Assembly (NCBI RefSeq): GCF_009914755.1
Contig: NC_060942.1
Origin: the human T2T-CHM13v2.0 reference genome, Homo sapiens
Length of the DNA stretch: 64,000 nt
Direction: 5' to 3' (one strand)
Shown: piece by piece, positions 43,122-60,099 of the stretch
Position numbering within the stretch: the first letter of the stretch is position 1
How the letters are laid out: the number at the start of each line of letters is the position of its first letter
Notes under the pieces: generated by a model
Seen by the model: only the letters and a program-made list of their open reading frames with translations
Databases searched by the model: none
Told to the model about the DNA's origin: nothing
Made by a program: the position numbers and the translations under genes

Positions 43122-44400
43122 TAGGATAATTAATGAAAACAAACAAACAAACAAACCAGTAGTTACAGGGAAGCTGATTTTGAAAAGCTTTCCACCAGTG
43201 CACATGCATTGAGTGCCTGTTATATATTGGGTGTACATTCTAGGCTTTGGGAAATTGGGGGAAATAAGAGAAAATAAACCAGATATATATTTTCTACATT
43301 TTGTCCAGTTAGAAGAAGAAAATGGGAGGTAATGTTGTACCAAATGAGAAAAAAAAATGTCAGACATGTTGTAGAATAGTCTATCAGTGTTATGGGCATG
43401 AGAAACAAATGAAAACTAAATGATAAATGTAAGTTTCAAAGAACACTTGAGATTTAACTGAGCCATGAAGGAAAAAAAAATGATTTAAAGAGGCAGAAAG
43501 AAGCAGCAAAAATGCCATAAAAATTAGAAAGCACAGCATTATAACTATTAAGGGGAGCGACTAAAAAGGGAAGATATTATCACTTGAAAAGGTTTATACG
43601 GCATAAGATTTAACTGTGAATGACCTTGATAGAATCTGCCTGTACTTGGAGAGTGCATTTGCCACAAAGTCTCGTGAAGCTTATATGTACGCAGTGGCCT
43701 CTTGTACAGTGTAATTCACAATGTGTCCACATGGTACAGTAACTTTGTAAATTTTGCTAAAACAACATTTTTGTAGCCCTACTTTTGGAAATTCCACCTC
43801 CAAAATAACAATGAATAAATACATAAAACAAAATAAAAGGCTTCAGTTCCCTCAGAATCCTGGATGTTTTTGGAAAGAAGGTAAAGTATTAAAATCATTG
43901 GTCACGATTATAACTGAATTCAGTAAGATACCCTTTGTGTTTCTTTAGGTTTTCAGGGCCTCAGATGTCACTCTTCCTTTTGCTATGCTTATGAAATCTT
44001 CTGAATTAGATTACATTCAACTTCTGGAAGTTCAGTCATTTACTTTTTTTTAATCTTCTTAATTTTTGAAAATTTCCAAGAAAAATTCACAAGACTTAAC
44101 AAAATGTTCTACTTGTTTCTTATTTCCCTGGATGGACATCTCCCATCCAAATGTGAGAGGCTACTCTTGGGCTCACCCCTTGCTGACTGAAGTGGGTGCT
44201 GTGGTGATCTGGGGAGACTACTTGTCTGGGACAGAAGCCCTCATTCCCTCTCCTTAAGCAGAGCCCACATTCAATGTGGGGGTACAAAGCCTTTGAAGGG
44301 CCAGCTCAGCTCCTGAGATCTCCACTGGGCTTTCATTAGCCAAGAAAACGTGCTCAATGATGGCATAGAAGAAAAGCAGTTGAAGCATGCGGGGCAACTG

Positions 44401-47106
<2,706 letters not shown>

Positions 47107-47414
47107 TAGTGACTAGGGAAAATTTTGTTCCAGATGGAGGATCCATGTGTATCAGGGCACCGCCAGGAAGTGTTGATTATGTAGTGACAGATTTAAGTGA
47201 GGTGCCCCGTACTTCCCATGCAGGTAGAAATGAACCTGTCATGAGGAGCCAGGGACACAGACAATCACTAGAAGGCAGAGGCAGTCGTTGTTTAGCAGAG
47301 GTACTTGCCTTGGGCAAAACTGTATCGAAAAGCATTGGAAAATAATGTCATATGCCACAACAACATCATGTAATACAAGAAAAGAAATAGTGAAATTTTA
47401 TACATACACATACA

Positions 47415-47536
47415 TATAATGTCATAAAATTAATATTTTCTTTTGGAATAATGAAGAGTCCATTAATAAGACTTTAGTATTTGGCTGTAAAGGTTTAATT
47501 TTAATTATTATAGGTTATAATGTCATAAAATTAATA
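47415..47536 (+). repeat. Insert flanked by 21-bp direct repeats, containing a copy of 48584-48643
   Basis: tataatgtcataaaattaata at 47415 and 47516; 47434-47491 matches 48584-48643. Confidence 0.92.
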
Positions 47537-47812
47537 GTTGACGCTATGAGTTACCTTGGTGAGTGTAGATAAGGCGATGGGGTGGAAGATAATGCTACAG
47601 TGAGGTAAAGGGTGAATAGAATGAGAAGATTTATGGGCAAAAATAAGATCTCTCCAAGAGGGCAAATTGTTCTCACAAAGGAAGTTCCAGAATCTCTTTT
47701 AGAGAATGCAAGAATGTAGTGCACACCAGGGCGTTCTTGAGCTACAAGCTTATCACTTACACATTGATACTTATTGGTTCATTTATTTTTCGTTTCAAAT
47801 GTTTACGTCTTT

Positions 47813-48176
47813 TGTTGTGGCTCGAATATGGCCCCCAAAGTTTGCATGTTGGAAACCTTATTGCCATTGCACCAGTAGTGAGGAGGGGCCTTTGGGAGGT
47901 GACAGCGTCATGAGGTCTCTGCCCCCATAAATGGATTAGTGCCATTATGGCAGGAGAGGGAGCACTGTGAAAATATAAGATTGGCCTTCATTTGCTTTCT
48001 TTGTGTTGTGTGCTCTTTTTTACCTTCCACCCTCTGGCCATGACCATCCCCAGGTGCCAGCATCATACTCCTGGACTTTCCACCTTCCAGAACTGGGAGA
48101 AATAGCAAATCACTTCTGTCTGTAAATTACTTGGTCTGTAGTTTTCTATTATAGCAGCAGAAAACAGGCTAAGACA
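47813..48176 (+). mobile_element. MSTB/D-like MaLR LTR
   Basis: 'cccccaaagtttgcatgttggaaac'...'tatagcagcagaaaacaggctaagaca'. Confidence 0.85.
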
Positions 48177-48180
48177 CACT

Positions 48181-48534
48181 TGTATTAGTTTGCTAGGATT
48201 GTCATAATAACATACCATAGATTTGATGGTTTAATAAATAGAAACTTATTTTCTCATGGCTTTAGAGCCTGAAGTCCAAGTTCAAGCTGTCAACAGGTTG
48301 GGTTTTATTTGAGGCTTATTTCTTTGGCTTGCAGAGAATACCTTCTCACTGTGTCCTTGCATGGCCTTTTTTCTGTGAGGATGATCCTCTGGTGTGGCTT
48401 CCTCTTCTTCTAAAGACACTAGTGCTTTGGACTAGGGCCCCACTCCTATGATCTCATTTTACCTGGATTACCATCTTAATGGCCTAATCTCCAAACACAG
48501 CCACTTTGGGGGAAACACAATTCAGTCCATAACA
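48181..48534 (-). mobile_element. MLT1A-like MaLR LTR
   Basis: 'tgtattagtttgctagg'...'acacaattcagtccataaca'. Confidence 0.87.
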
Positions 48535-50786
48535 ATCCTTATTTTCCTTCAATGTCTACAGAAGACAATTGAGCCACTAGTATTATTTTCTTTTGGAATA
48601 ATGAACAGAGTCCATTAATAAGACTTTAGTATTTGACTGTAAATTTTATGTATTTTGTAATTTATACCAGGTTATTTAATATTTATCATTTTATATATTT
48701 TTATTTATCATTTTATGTATTTTGTAGTTTATAGTGGTTTATCTAATATTTATGTTCTTCTGAATATTGGTCATAATTAAGGGTCTTCAAATTTTTTAAA
48801 TGAGAAATAAATAGGATAATGTTTATTCTTGGGAGCGTCTCTGAGATACAATCTGCTATAAAACTCTTAGTGATTTCTATTCCCTTTAATTGGAGTTTAA
48901 GATATGTAAAGTGGTAAGAGACTGAATTGACTACGTAGGTAAAGCCTGGGTGTCAAGGAACTAGAGAACATTCTAAGGAAGGCACAAGTATGCACTGAGA
49001 CGCTGAATTTCAATTTAGGAGAGAAGTCAGTAATTAGGTTGTAATTTTCAAAGTGGTCATAACTAAAGGGCATAAGACTTACAGTGAAACATTTCCAGGG
49101 AAATGAAAACTAACCAGAAGTAAACATTTTTATTATTCTTATTATAAAATTATTCAAAACAACAATGTTTAGCCAATGAAAAGTGTTTCTAAACTAAACC
49201 TTGTCATTAAAAACCATATCGGTACTGGTTAATGAATCATTAGAAAAACAAAACTAACATAGAATCATGGAAAAGTAAGTGAATATAGCCATGCATTAGA
49301 AACTCTTGAATCTTTTTTTTTTACAACAATGGCAAAATTTGAATGAGAAATTATTGATGGTATTCATCACCCAGTAGGTAAGATAGCCATATCACTCTGA
49401 TTCAGCCTCTGTTGATGCCCGTATTTCTTGTAGTAGATATGAAGAGCCAGGAGTGACACTCACACCACCCTCCACCCCCTTGGAAGTGTTACACCCGTTC
49501 ACTTGTCCACACCTTGTGTTCAGGCAGGAACTCTTGCTGTAATGCTGGAGGTGGTCGGGCACAACTCACAGCCCTGCTTGGGACACAGCAGCTGGGGGTC
49601 CATGGAGATGTCTACCTGAGGCCAATTGGAGCGATGGATGCTGCTTCAGGTAAGTTGAAGTTCCTTCTTGTGAGGAATGTAGGCTCAGTTTACTGGTCTG
49701 GTTCTTAGCGCAGTGGTGCAAGCTTCTTAGTCTCATGAGGGCTGAGAAGCCAGCCTGTGAGTGCTCAGGCTCTCTAACTTCCTGGGCTCCTAAACAATGC
49801 CTGGGCCCACCCACCTAGCTTCCTAGACAGCATATCTAATCACAAGCCTATAATGCTCTCCAAACTGTTTTCTTGTGTTTTCTAAATATACTATGATTCT
49901 GGAGTGGGAATGAGAAGAATAAAAAACAAGTGACACAAATATGCTGAAACAGGTTGGACAGCTACATCCAGCTATGAGAGAAGAACACCAAGTATTTCAG
50001 CCACCTTGGCTCTAGTGGAGCTCTTATGTTTTCTGTCGAGTAAGATAATAATAATAATGGTGGAAGGAATGTCTTTTTACGTCCATGGTATTTGGGATTC
50101 ACATGTAATTACAGATTAGGGGTTTTTTTCCACTGTCTCATGGAAACAGATATTGCGCTAAATCAAGAAAATTACATAAATAGGGAAAATGTCCTATTTT
50201 AAAAGCCCTAACATTTACAAGAGTTGCCTCCAAAATTTGTTATTATTTTTATCCCAGAGTAAACCAGGTTACTTTGAAAAGCAAGGTCAGGAAGGATCTC
50301 CTGAGGGCTACATCATCAATACTTTCTATCTACCATTTTAAGACCCAAAATAGCACTCATGCTATAGTGTAGAAAACACTAGAGATCTTAGGTTATTTGA
50401 ATTTTACAAATGCCAGGGTGAGTTCTTGGCCAAAATATTTTTAGCTTAATTCATCGGTATCCTTCAACAGAGCCAGGAATCAAAAAAAAAAAGTTAATTC
50501 AGAAAACGATTGGTACTTATGTAAAATTAATATTTTATTTCACTACCGTACACGAATGATAGGTAACTTAGATTACCACTCAGTAAGCTAAGGCATTTCC
50601 CTAAAGGGGACAGTGATTAAGCCAGTAAGAAGTTTTAAGATGGACTATTCAAAACTGCTTGTTTTACACTGACAGTGGTGAATATTTGTCAAATAGATGC
50701 CCTCAAATGAAAGTTTGACCAAATATTAACAAGTTTTCCAAGGTAAGCCTGCATCTGAGTCTTTAATATATTTAAAAAAATAAATA

Positions 50787-51132
<346 letters not shown>

Positions 51133-51839
51133 TTAAATATTATTTTTCGGTAAAGGTTATGACATTTAAAACTTTCCTTTTATATCATAATACATAAGCC
51201 CTTAGTGACTTAGGAGATTGTTTGGGTAGGTGCAAAATAAAAGCTGTTATATTTAGCTAACTAATCAAGTAAGTGACTTTCAATTTGATGCAGCTGTACA
51301 CACAGTGAACATCCCACATCACTGAACAGTTAATGCTACCTTTTATCCTTTATCATTTTCTTTATGAGCTAAGGGATTGCTCATTCAGATTCTCCTAATC
51401 CTCATAATACCTGGGCCATTATTACAAATCCTTGCTGTTCAGATAGCATCCAATTTCTTATGAATCTCATGAGTATTAAAGATATCTTGTTAAATGAAAA
51501 AGGAGGTATCACATCTTGCCTGGAATTTCATTTGCAATTCAATAGTTTAAGTGCTAACATAAAGAAAGGGCTCACTAGAAATGCACAGTAATGTGTTTCT
51601 TTCTCTATCTTAGGTATGACACATTTAGGAGACTGTCTCTCATTCAATATGCAACAACCAGAAAAATATTGCTTTTGAGCCCCTTTTGTTATCATGAGTA
51701 AGACTAAAGAAACCAGAGAATAGAGGGTGGGGCGAGGGATTAAAACAGTTAGAAATTCTAAGAGATGTACATATATGCAATCAGTGCAATAAAACGTGGA
51801 ATGTTTTAGGTGAGACAAATTTACTTAAAATAGCCAAAA

Positions 51840-52155
51840 TATACTTATGCTTACAATCATACTTCATTATAAGCATATATATGCTTATATATATTCTTAT
51901 ATATATGTATGTTTACAATGAAGTATGATCGTAAGCATAAGTAGGTATATATATATTTATACATATATATGCTTGTATATGCTTATATTGAAGTATGATC
52001 ATAAGCTTAAGTATATTTTGGCTATTTTATATGTATGCATATATATACAGCTGTTATTATACTATAGATATATATATACATATACTATTATTACAATATA
52101 TATACATATATACACACATACATAAGCATATATATATATACAGCTATTATTACTA
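51840..52155. repeat. AT-rich low-complexity region with internal duplications
   Basis: Recurrent 'aagcatatatat', 'tgaagtatgatc.taagc' and 'tatatatacagct.ttattacta'. Confidence 0.75.
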
Positions 52156-53069
52156 GAGAGGGGGAGTAAAGCGTGAAGCCTGCGCAGTTATCAAACCAAA
52201 TAGACACTGACAGCATCATCAAATTCAATCATCATCTAATTTAGGGTTTGCCATATTTTGGATTTGAAAACTAAATTTTGTCAATCTACTAGAGTTAGAT
52301 TGATGTATAGCCTCTATCATATTCAGTAGTCTTAAAAACTATAAGAGGAATGTCAAGCTAATCCTAAGTCTCACACTACTTGATCATCACATTATATTCA
52401 TGTAGGAAAAATGAATGCAGAAACAAAGGATTATTGGAACATTGCACAGTAACATCTAAGCAAAGGGAATGTTACAGTGACTAATGTTTTATGTACCAGT
52501 TTCACAGAGACATATGTGACAAGAAGAACACAATGCTTGCATCTCTACTAAGAAAATTCTTGGATGAATAAATGTATACTTTGATTTCTGAGTTCAGTTT
52601 AATAGATATAATACAGGTCCTATTACTTTAGATTCTATTCTGTTATTCAGAAAATGATTTAACGTTTCTTAATTATTATGACTTTCTTGTTAAGTTTAAT
52701 CTAAAGAGGGTCACCTTCATTAAATATTGGGAATTTCAAATGATTGTATGTATTAATTCATTTCCCTAAATTATACGTCTAAAATCAAAGGAGCATACTA
52801 GGTATTCCCATCGAAATGTTTCACAAGCCTCAAAAATTTGACATACACAGACAGAAACTGTTTCCTGTTAAATCCAGTTCCATGTCATTATAAAATGACA
52901 GAAAATTCAATTCAGTAAATAGTGACACCAGAAAGTGAACTGGAATCTAGTTCATTCCAGATTCCACCACCTTATTCCCTATTCTCCTTATCTTGGTAAT
53001 GACACACTTTCCTTGGTACTTAGGCAAAGAACTTAAAATTTTTCTCCACATCTTCTTTAGATTTAGTGC

Positions 53070-55742
53070 CTTTGATAACTTTCTCATCCTGATAAAGAAT
53101 ATCTATGAAAAATGCACAACTAACGTAATATTTCTAGGTTAATGTCTGAATCTTTCCTTCTAAGATCTGGAAAAAGATAACAACATCTGTTATCTTTGCT
53201 TACCTTCAACATTATATTGGAGGATATAAGTAGAAAAACTAGGCAATAAAAATATTTAAAAGTATCCAGATTGGAAATGGATAAATAAAAATATTTCTAT
53301 TTGCAAATGACATATTCTTGCATATAGAAAATAGTACAGATTCCACTAAAAATTACTACAACTAATTAAAAAGTTCAGCAAGATTGCAGGATACAAGATC
53401 AATATTCAAAAATCCATTTTCTATATAGTAGCAATGATCAGTCCATCAAGGAAATTACAAAATCATTTCAATTTACAATGACATTGCAAAAAATAAATAT
53501 GTAAGAATAAATTTAACAAAATATTTGCAAATCATGTACATCAAATAACACAAAATATTAGTGAAATGATTATAAAAAGACATGGATAAAGGGAAATATA
53601 TCTCATGTTCATAAGTAAGAATATTTACAATCTTAAGATGGTAATATTCATCAAATTGATCTATAGATTTAACATAATCTGTATTATGATCACAGCTAGT
53701 TTCTTTGTATAAATTGACAAATGATTCTAAAATTTACATGGAAATGAAAGGAATACAAAATATCCAAAACAATCTTGAAAAAGAAAAACAAAGTAAGAGG
53801 ACTAATAGTCCCATATTCCAAAATTTATTACAGTGCTGCAGTAATCAAGAGAGTGTGTCACTGCCATAAAGAGAGACATGCGTATCAAAGAAATAGAATA
53901 CACACTCCAGAAATAAAATTGTGCATTCATCTTCAATTGTGTTTTTGAAAAGAGTGCCAAGAAAATTCAATGGGAAAATAACAATCTTTTCAAAAACTAG
54001 TGTGGGGATAACCACATGCAAAATAATAAATGTGGATCCCTACCTCACTGTGTCCAAAAACATTAACATAAAATAAATGATGGACTCGTATTTACAAGTA
54101 AAAAAAATCATAAAACTCTTAAAGGACAACACAGGATAAAATCGTAATGAACTTAGGTAAAGCTAAGTTTTAATAGACAACACTAAAATTACAAGCAATA
54201 AAAAAATACATAAATTGGATTTCATCAAAAATTTTAAAAAATTTATTCTTTGAAGACAGCATCAAGAAAGAGAAAAGGCAAACAATGAATAAAAGACATT
54301 ATTGGCAAATCTTAGATATAGGCTCCCTGTTGCTGCTGTAGCAAATTAACAGAAACTTAATTGGCTAAAAGAACAACAAATGAAATATATTGGATTTCTG
54401 GAGGTCAGAAGGTTGCATTCCACCTGAATCTCTGGAATATCCATTTATTTACCTTTTCTGACTTAATAGAGGCTGCTCACATTCCTTGGCTTGTGGCTGT
54501 CTTCCAGCCAGCAGTTGCCTCATTTCAACCTTCTGTCCTCACATATTTGTTGTAATCGCCTGCACACGCCTTTCCTTTTTAAGCACCCATATGATTATCC
54601 TTTCCATCTCAATATTCTTAAGTTAATCAAATCTTAAGTGAATCAAATCTTCAAAGTTTGTTTTGCCATATAAAGTAACATATTCAAAGGTTCTAAGAAT
54701 TACCATGTGGGCACCATTAGTGGGGGGAGGGCATTATTCTGCTCACCACATCATCTATCTGATAAGGGACTTTTATCCAGGATATGTAAAAAATACTTGC
54801 AACTCAAAAATCAAAAGACTTGTCATCCAATTAAAAGGTGGACAATTAGTTTGTACACACATTTCTTCAGTGTAAAAATAGCAAATAAACACATGAAAAG
54901 ACGCTTAATGTGATTAACCATAAGGGAAATGCTAATAGCAACCACATTGAGACACTTCTTCATAACCATTTGGATGACTATCGAAAAGAGATCAGACCTC
55001 CAAAAAAAAACAGTGTTTTTGTTTGTTTGTTTGTTTTTAGAGGGAGACAGTTACAAATGTTGGCAAAAATGTGGAAAAATTAAAACCTTCATATATTGCT
55101 TAAGGTTCCATGAAATTTTACAGCCACTTTCGATAACAATCTAGTCGTTTCTTAAAACATTCACCATAGTGTTACCTCTTGACACAGTAATTGCATTCTG
55201 GATATATACTCAGGATAAATGAAAACATGTTCACAAAAACTTGTTCACATATGGTTTTAACATTGTTATTCAGATTAGTCGAAATGTAGGAAAAATGCAA
55301 ATGTCCATTAACTGATTAATATATTAACAAAATGTGGTAAATTCGTGCAATGGAATGGTATTTCGCGATCTTAAAATTAGAAGCACCAATACACATCTTG
55401 ACATGGATTCACCTTGAATACATTATCTAAGCAAAAAAAAAAAAAAAAAAAAAAAGCCAGTCTTAAAAAATCACGTGTTATGTGATTCCAGTTATATGAA
55501 ATGTCCAGAATGGCAAACTTAAAGAGTCAGTGACAAGTGTCAGCCTAGAGTTGGAGTGAGAGTGGAGGTAATGGAGAGAGACGGCTAATGGATATGGAAT
55601 TTCTTTTGCGGTTAATGACAATATTCTGAAACTGATTGTGGTAATGGTAGTATAAATCTGTGAATACACTAAAAGCATTGAATTACACAATTTAAATGGA
55701 TGAATTATTTGATATGTGAACTCTGTCTCAAAAAAGCTGCTT
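53070..55742 (+). mobile_element. Old L1M (L1MB/MC) ORF2 RT-to-3' end, interrupted by MLT1
   Basis: 'tatttgcaaatgacatattc' (LFANDI, cf. LFADDM), 'gcaggatacaagatcaata', 'aaaacaatcttgaaaaagaa', and L1 3' UTR motifs. Confidence 0.87.
54315..54750 (-). mobile_element. MLT1C/D-like LTR
   Basis: 'ttgctgctgtagcaaatta', 'cacattccttggcttgtggc', 'ggcattattctgctcaccaca'. Confidence 0.8.
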
Positions 55743-56079
55743 AAGAAATGGAGAAACATGGAAGGTTTTCACAGTCCAGAGGTTACTGAAGAATTTGATA
55801 AAATTATAAAGGATACTTAGTACAAGAGAACTGTGACCATACAGAATTCGCTTCTACATTCATAAATTAATGGGGGTGGTGGTAGGAAAATAAGTAACGT
55901 TTATAAATATTACTGTCTTTAAAAACATTGTATGCCCTTAAATGCCAACCATAACATTTTCACAACAACTTTCTTCATCCTTCAGAAAAAGCTTGGAGGT
56001 ATATCTCCAAGGTGGCGTTAGTCATTTGTGTCACTGAAACCTTGATTCTTTTCCTTGAACTGATTCCCTCATTACTGCA

Positions 56080-56610
56080 ACATGTATTTATTCAGCACAT
56101 AAGTCCTAAGTAACAAACTGGAGGTGGAAGATAAAATAGTGAGCGAATGCAGATATGTTCCTTGCCTCTTGGAGTGTCCCATCAAGCACTGATGACAAAC
56201 ATTGTTCATTCAATGATATTGACAAAAGTATCATTGAAAAATGAATTTAGAGTTTATGTGGAAAAACATGCTGTTTAGGGACTGTACTTCATAGGAGCAC
56301 ATTTCTAAAGAAAAATGTGTTCATTGGAGAATTACTGGCTATTTCAGGAGGTGAAAGTGGGTGTCTGCTGAACTGTGAGCGGAGCCGTCCAGGCAGAGGC
56401 AAGAGTCAGTGAAAGGATTCTGTGCCTAGCAGGAGCAGGACATGTTCAGGGAACTGCAGTAAGACCACTGAAGCTCAGTATAGCAAGCAGAGAGGCAAGG
56501 AACAAGAGGAGTCTAGCAAACTAGGCAAAGATGAGGTCATTCAATGCTTAGTCATATATGCTTAAAAATGTCTTTATTTTGAGAACTGGAAGCTACTAAG
56601 GAGTTCTTAT
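56080..56610 (-). mobile_element. L2 fragment
   Basis: 'atgtatttattcagcac', 'ttccttgcctcttggag', 'ccaggcagaggcaagagtcagtgaaagg'. Confidence 0.65.
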
Positions 56611-57805
56611 CAAGTAAAACAAACTAATGTTTAAAATTCCTGGCATTTCCACATCCCCTGTTACACTTTACCTTATATTTTGGCTCGTTTCTGGTGTGCT
56701 CATTTTCTCAGAGAGGGAATATAACACTGGCCAGGCTAATTTTTTCTCCCTAAAGTATAATCACCTATAAACAAAAGAAAGGACACGTGTAAGCATTTGG
56801 GATTATACATAATAAAGTAAAAGTCCCCTGCCCCAAGCTGGGGAACCATGCCATGTTGTGGCAGGGTGAATATGTGGGTAAAGAAGGGAATACAGAAGTA
56901 TTATAACACACAGTTAGTTGACCCCTAAGGAAGAGGTCACAAGCTTTAGATGTCAACCTCTACCCATGAGCATACTATGAGAGCAGAGAGCAGAAGTGGT
57001 TTATAGGTCATAGTCTGGGTAGATTCTCAGGAAAACGCCAGATCCCAAAGTTTGATAAACATTTCACAGACCACGTTTATACTCTTATGCTCACCAGCGC
57101 TATGAGAGTGGGATACATAGTAGTCTACTGGTCCCAACATCTTTGAAAATAATCCCTGATCTAAAATTTCTGAGGTTCATATGCCCTGCATGACAAACCT
57201 CAGTGAAAAGTGGCAATTGGTGGTACAGCTTCTTATTAAGGAGCCTACACATTTTACAGTAGATTTCAGGAATGCATTAGGGGCTTTCAGTAATGAATTT
57301 CCCAACCTCGTATTCTCATTTTCTTCTGAAGACATGGAAAGAAGCATAACACTCAAGGTTGACTCAGTGCTTACAAGTCTGGATTGGATTCTCATGGGAA
57401 CTTGTAATTTCATGGCCTGAAATGTGCATTTTCAGGGGAAAAACTAATAACTTCTTTGATCAGCAGTACAATTTTTTTCTGAGAAATTCATAGAGGAGAC
57501 AGTTTGAGGGTAGAAGAAACAGAGGGCAGCAGAAAGGGCCATTATGCGAAGCTATAGGAAGAGAAAGCAAACTGGAAAACAGGATCCCATTCTCTCCTCC
57601 AGTCCTCCAGGATCCTTCCTTTGTCCAGCATTCAGGGAAACTCATAGGAAATCACCTGCAAAAGGAGAATGTAGTCTGCAGAGTAAAAGTCCTGGCATTT
57701 CAGAAGGATTCATTTAGAAGTGAAGGAAACTTAAAAGGAGCTCAATTTTAAGATTGAGAAGAAGTTTCATTGTAGGCCTTGGAACAAATAAGAGGAGAGG
57801 GTGTG

Positions 57806-57904
57806 AAAGAGGAATTGCAATGGTATGAGTGAACCTGGATAAACACACACACACACATGCACACACTATAAAAAGGGATTGGAATGGTATAAATGAACCT
57901 GGGT

Positions 57905-57947
<43 letters not shown>

Positions 57948-58060
57948 ATAAAGAGGGATTGCAATGGTATGAATGAAACTGGATAAACACACACCCATAC
58001 ACACACACACACACACACACACTGTAAAGAGGGATTGGAATGGTATAAATGAACCTGGGT

Positions 58061-58112
<52 letters not shown>

Positions 58113-58264
58113 TAAAGAGGGATTACAATGGTATGAATGAACCTGGGTAAACACACACACACAAACACACACAATATAAAGAGGGATTGCAATGGTATGA
58201 ATGAAACTGGATAAACACACACACACAATATAAAGAGGGATTGCAATGGAACGAATGGACCTGG

Positions 58265-58300
<36 letters not shown>
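57806..58300. repeat. Compound VNTR: 7 copies of a roughly 38-bp core separated by variable (CA)n
   Basis: Core aaagagggattgcaatggtatgaatgaacctgg(g/a)taaa + (ca)n + atat/ctgt/ctat. Confidence 0.97.
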
Positions 58301-58644
58301 TATAAACAAGTTACACCAAGTAAATGGACCCCAGTCTTGGTCTGAGCTAGGGTAACACAGTAAGTGCCACCATCATCTTCTCTCTGTGAGTCCTTAAGGA
58401 GGAACTTAAGAAAATTGAGAAAGGAAAATAGGTGGCTTCTTCCTTTTGTGTCTTGAGTTTTACTCTCCTTAATATGACTGATCTTTAAATTGAAGTGAAG
58501 ATAAGAAAGTCTCTAATGTAACACAACATAATGATATTGTTGGAAGTTAAATAATGCTTCAGGCTAGCCCTGTTAATAGGGACATCCCTGCTGGTGGGAT
58601 GCATATTAATATCTTTGTGCTATGTTAGGGCATCAGCCATTAAC

Positions 58645-58885
58645 ACAGCATGGTTGAAAGAACATCAGCTTCCAAGTGAGTGACATAGCCTGAAACTTAC
58701 TGGTTCTGTGCCCCTTAGGCAGTTACTTCAATCCTCTGAATTTAGCTTTGGCTCTACATTGGGGGAAATTATGTCTACCTCACAGTAGTTTTGGAAGTAT
58801 TGATTTATATAATTCATATAATATAGAGAGAGCAGTTTGACAGAACTTAACACTACATATTCAATGAATCATAGCTGTTATTATT
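58645..58885 (+). mobile_element. MIR
   Basis: 'cagcatggttgaaagaaca', 'ttaggcagttacttcaatcctctgaa', 'tctacctcacagtagtt'. Confidence 0.7.
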
Positions 58886-59247
58886 ATAAATGTAACCAGT
58901 TTTTCATATTAAATAATTGGCCATTAAAAGATTTGTGAAGGAATTTGCAGTGGGTAAGTGAAGTTTTAAGGTGTGTACAGAGCCAGAGAGAAAAATTGCT
59001 GTATAAAATAGGCAGAATAGCTAGCTAGTGTAGGTTCAAGTAGGGACAGAAGCTCAATGGTGCATAGGTAATTGGAGGCTCTCATTGATAACAGAAATTA
59101 GATGCCTAATTAAACTAATTATATTAATGAAGAGGAGAGACCAAAGCACATGAAGGGAAACATATTCATTAATTTGGCAGATGGTAGTTTTGCTTATATT
59201 TTTAATTAAAAACTACTTTGAATTTTGCGAACAAACTGGGATAGCTA

Positions 59248-59249
<2 letters not shown>

Positions 59250-59285
<36 letters not shown>

Positions 59286-59291
59286 CATCCA
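59250..59291. repeat. (TATC)n tetranucleotide STR
   Basis: About 9 TATC units then (CATC). Confidence 0.95.
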
Positions 59292-60099
59292 ATGTATCAT
59301 ATGTACCAATATAATAGTCCTATAGGTGTATAAAACGTTTTCAAGTAAATGTATATTAGGACTAAATCTAAATAAAATTTTAGATTATTTTAAATTATTC
59401 TAGGAGAGACCTATATACACAGAAATTCTGTTTTTTCTTTACTTTGGACTTAAGGTAAATATTGGTTGAAATATATAATAATACAATTATCTTCTTTTTA
59501 AAAAAATTTTCATTGGCATTATTTGGCTTTATCTTCCAAAATTTTCTTGTATATTCACAATTTAAAAATAACATAAAATAATAGCCTATTAAAGATATCT
59601 TGTCATCAGCATTATCATCATTATTATTATCATTATAAAATAAAATGAGAACACACGAAATATTTGTACCACTAGGTTAAGAAATAAAGCTCTGCCATGT
59701 AATATAAAATGTCCTTATGTATTTGAATCCATTTTGTGTAACCTATTCATAATTAATCAGTAACTATTATGCAGACTATCATAGCATTCTTTCCTAACAT
59801 TTTAAATATATTTTATCACTCAGTTGTGTACCACTTTTATTCCTATTCAATTTAAAATAACTTGTAAGTCTCTTTTAACCAATAAGTTCCCTTTCATTTT
59901 TATCTTTTTCTTAAAATTGCTTTTATAAAGAACCTGAGGTATTTGACATGTAGAGTCTTCCACAGCTTGGATTTTGTTGATTGCACAAGAATTTCCTCTG
60001 TTTTCTTTATTTTTTTCCAAAGAACTGCTCAATCCAAAGAATCCAGCAGACTCAGGTGCAATTTTTTTCATTAAGGTCAAATGTTGATAAAATGTCATC

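Noticed and set aside
55433-55455. Isolated poly(A) run as a retro-insertion tail
   Set aside because: Lies at an A-rich L1 3' position with L1 continuing on both sides; most simply a homopolymer expansion.
56766-57140. Possible old LTR (also 19845-20240)
   Set aside because: Resemblance too weak to assign without a profile search.
57806-58300. CRISPR-like repeat-spacer architecture and the Cys/Val-rich ORFs on the minus strand
   Set aside because: The spacers are just (CA)n, there are no cas genes and the context is primate. The ORFs are translations of (TG)n.
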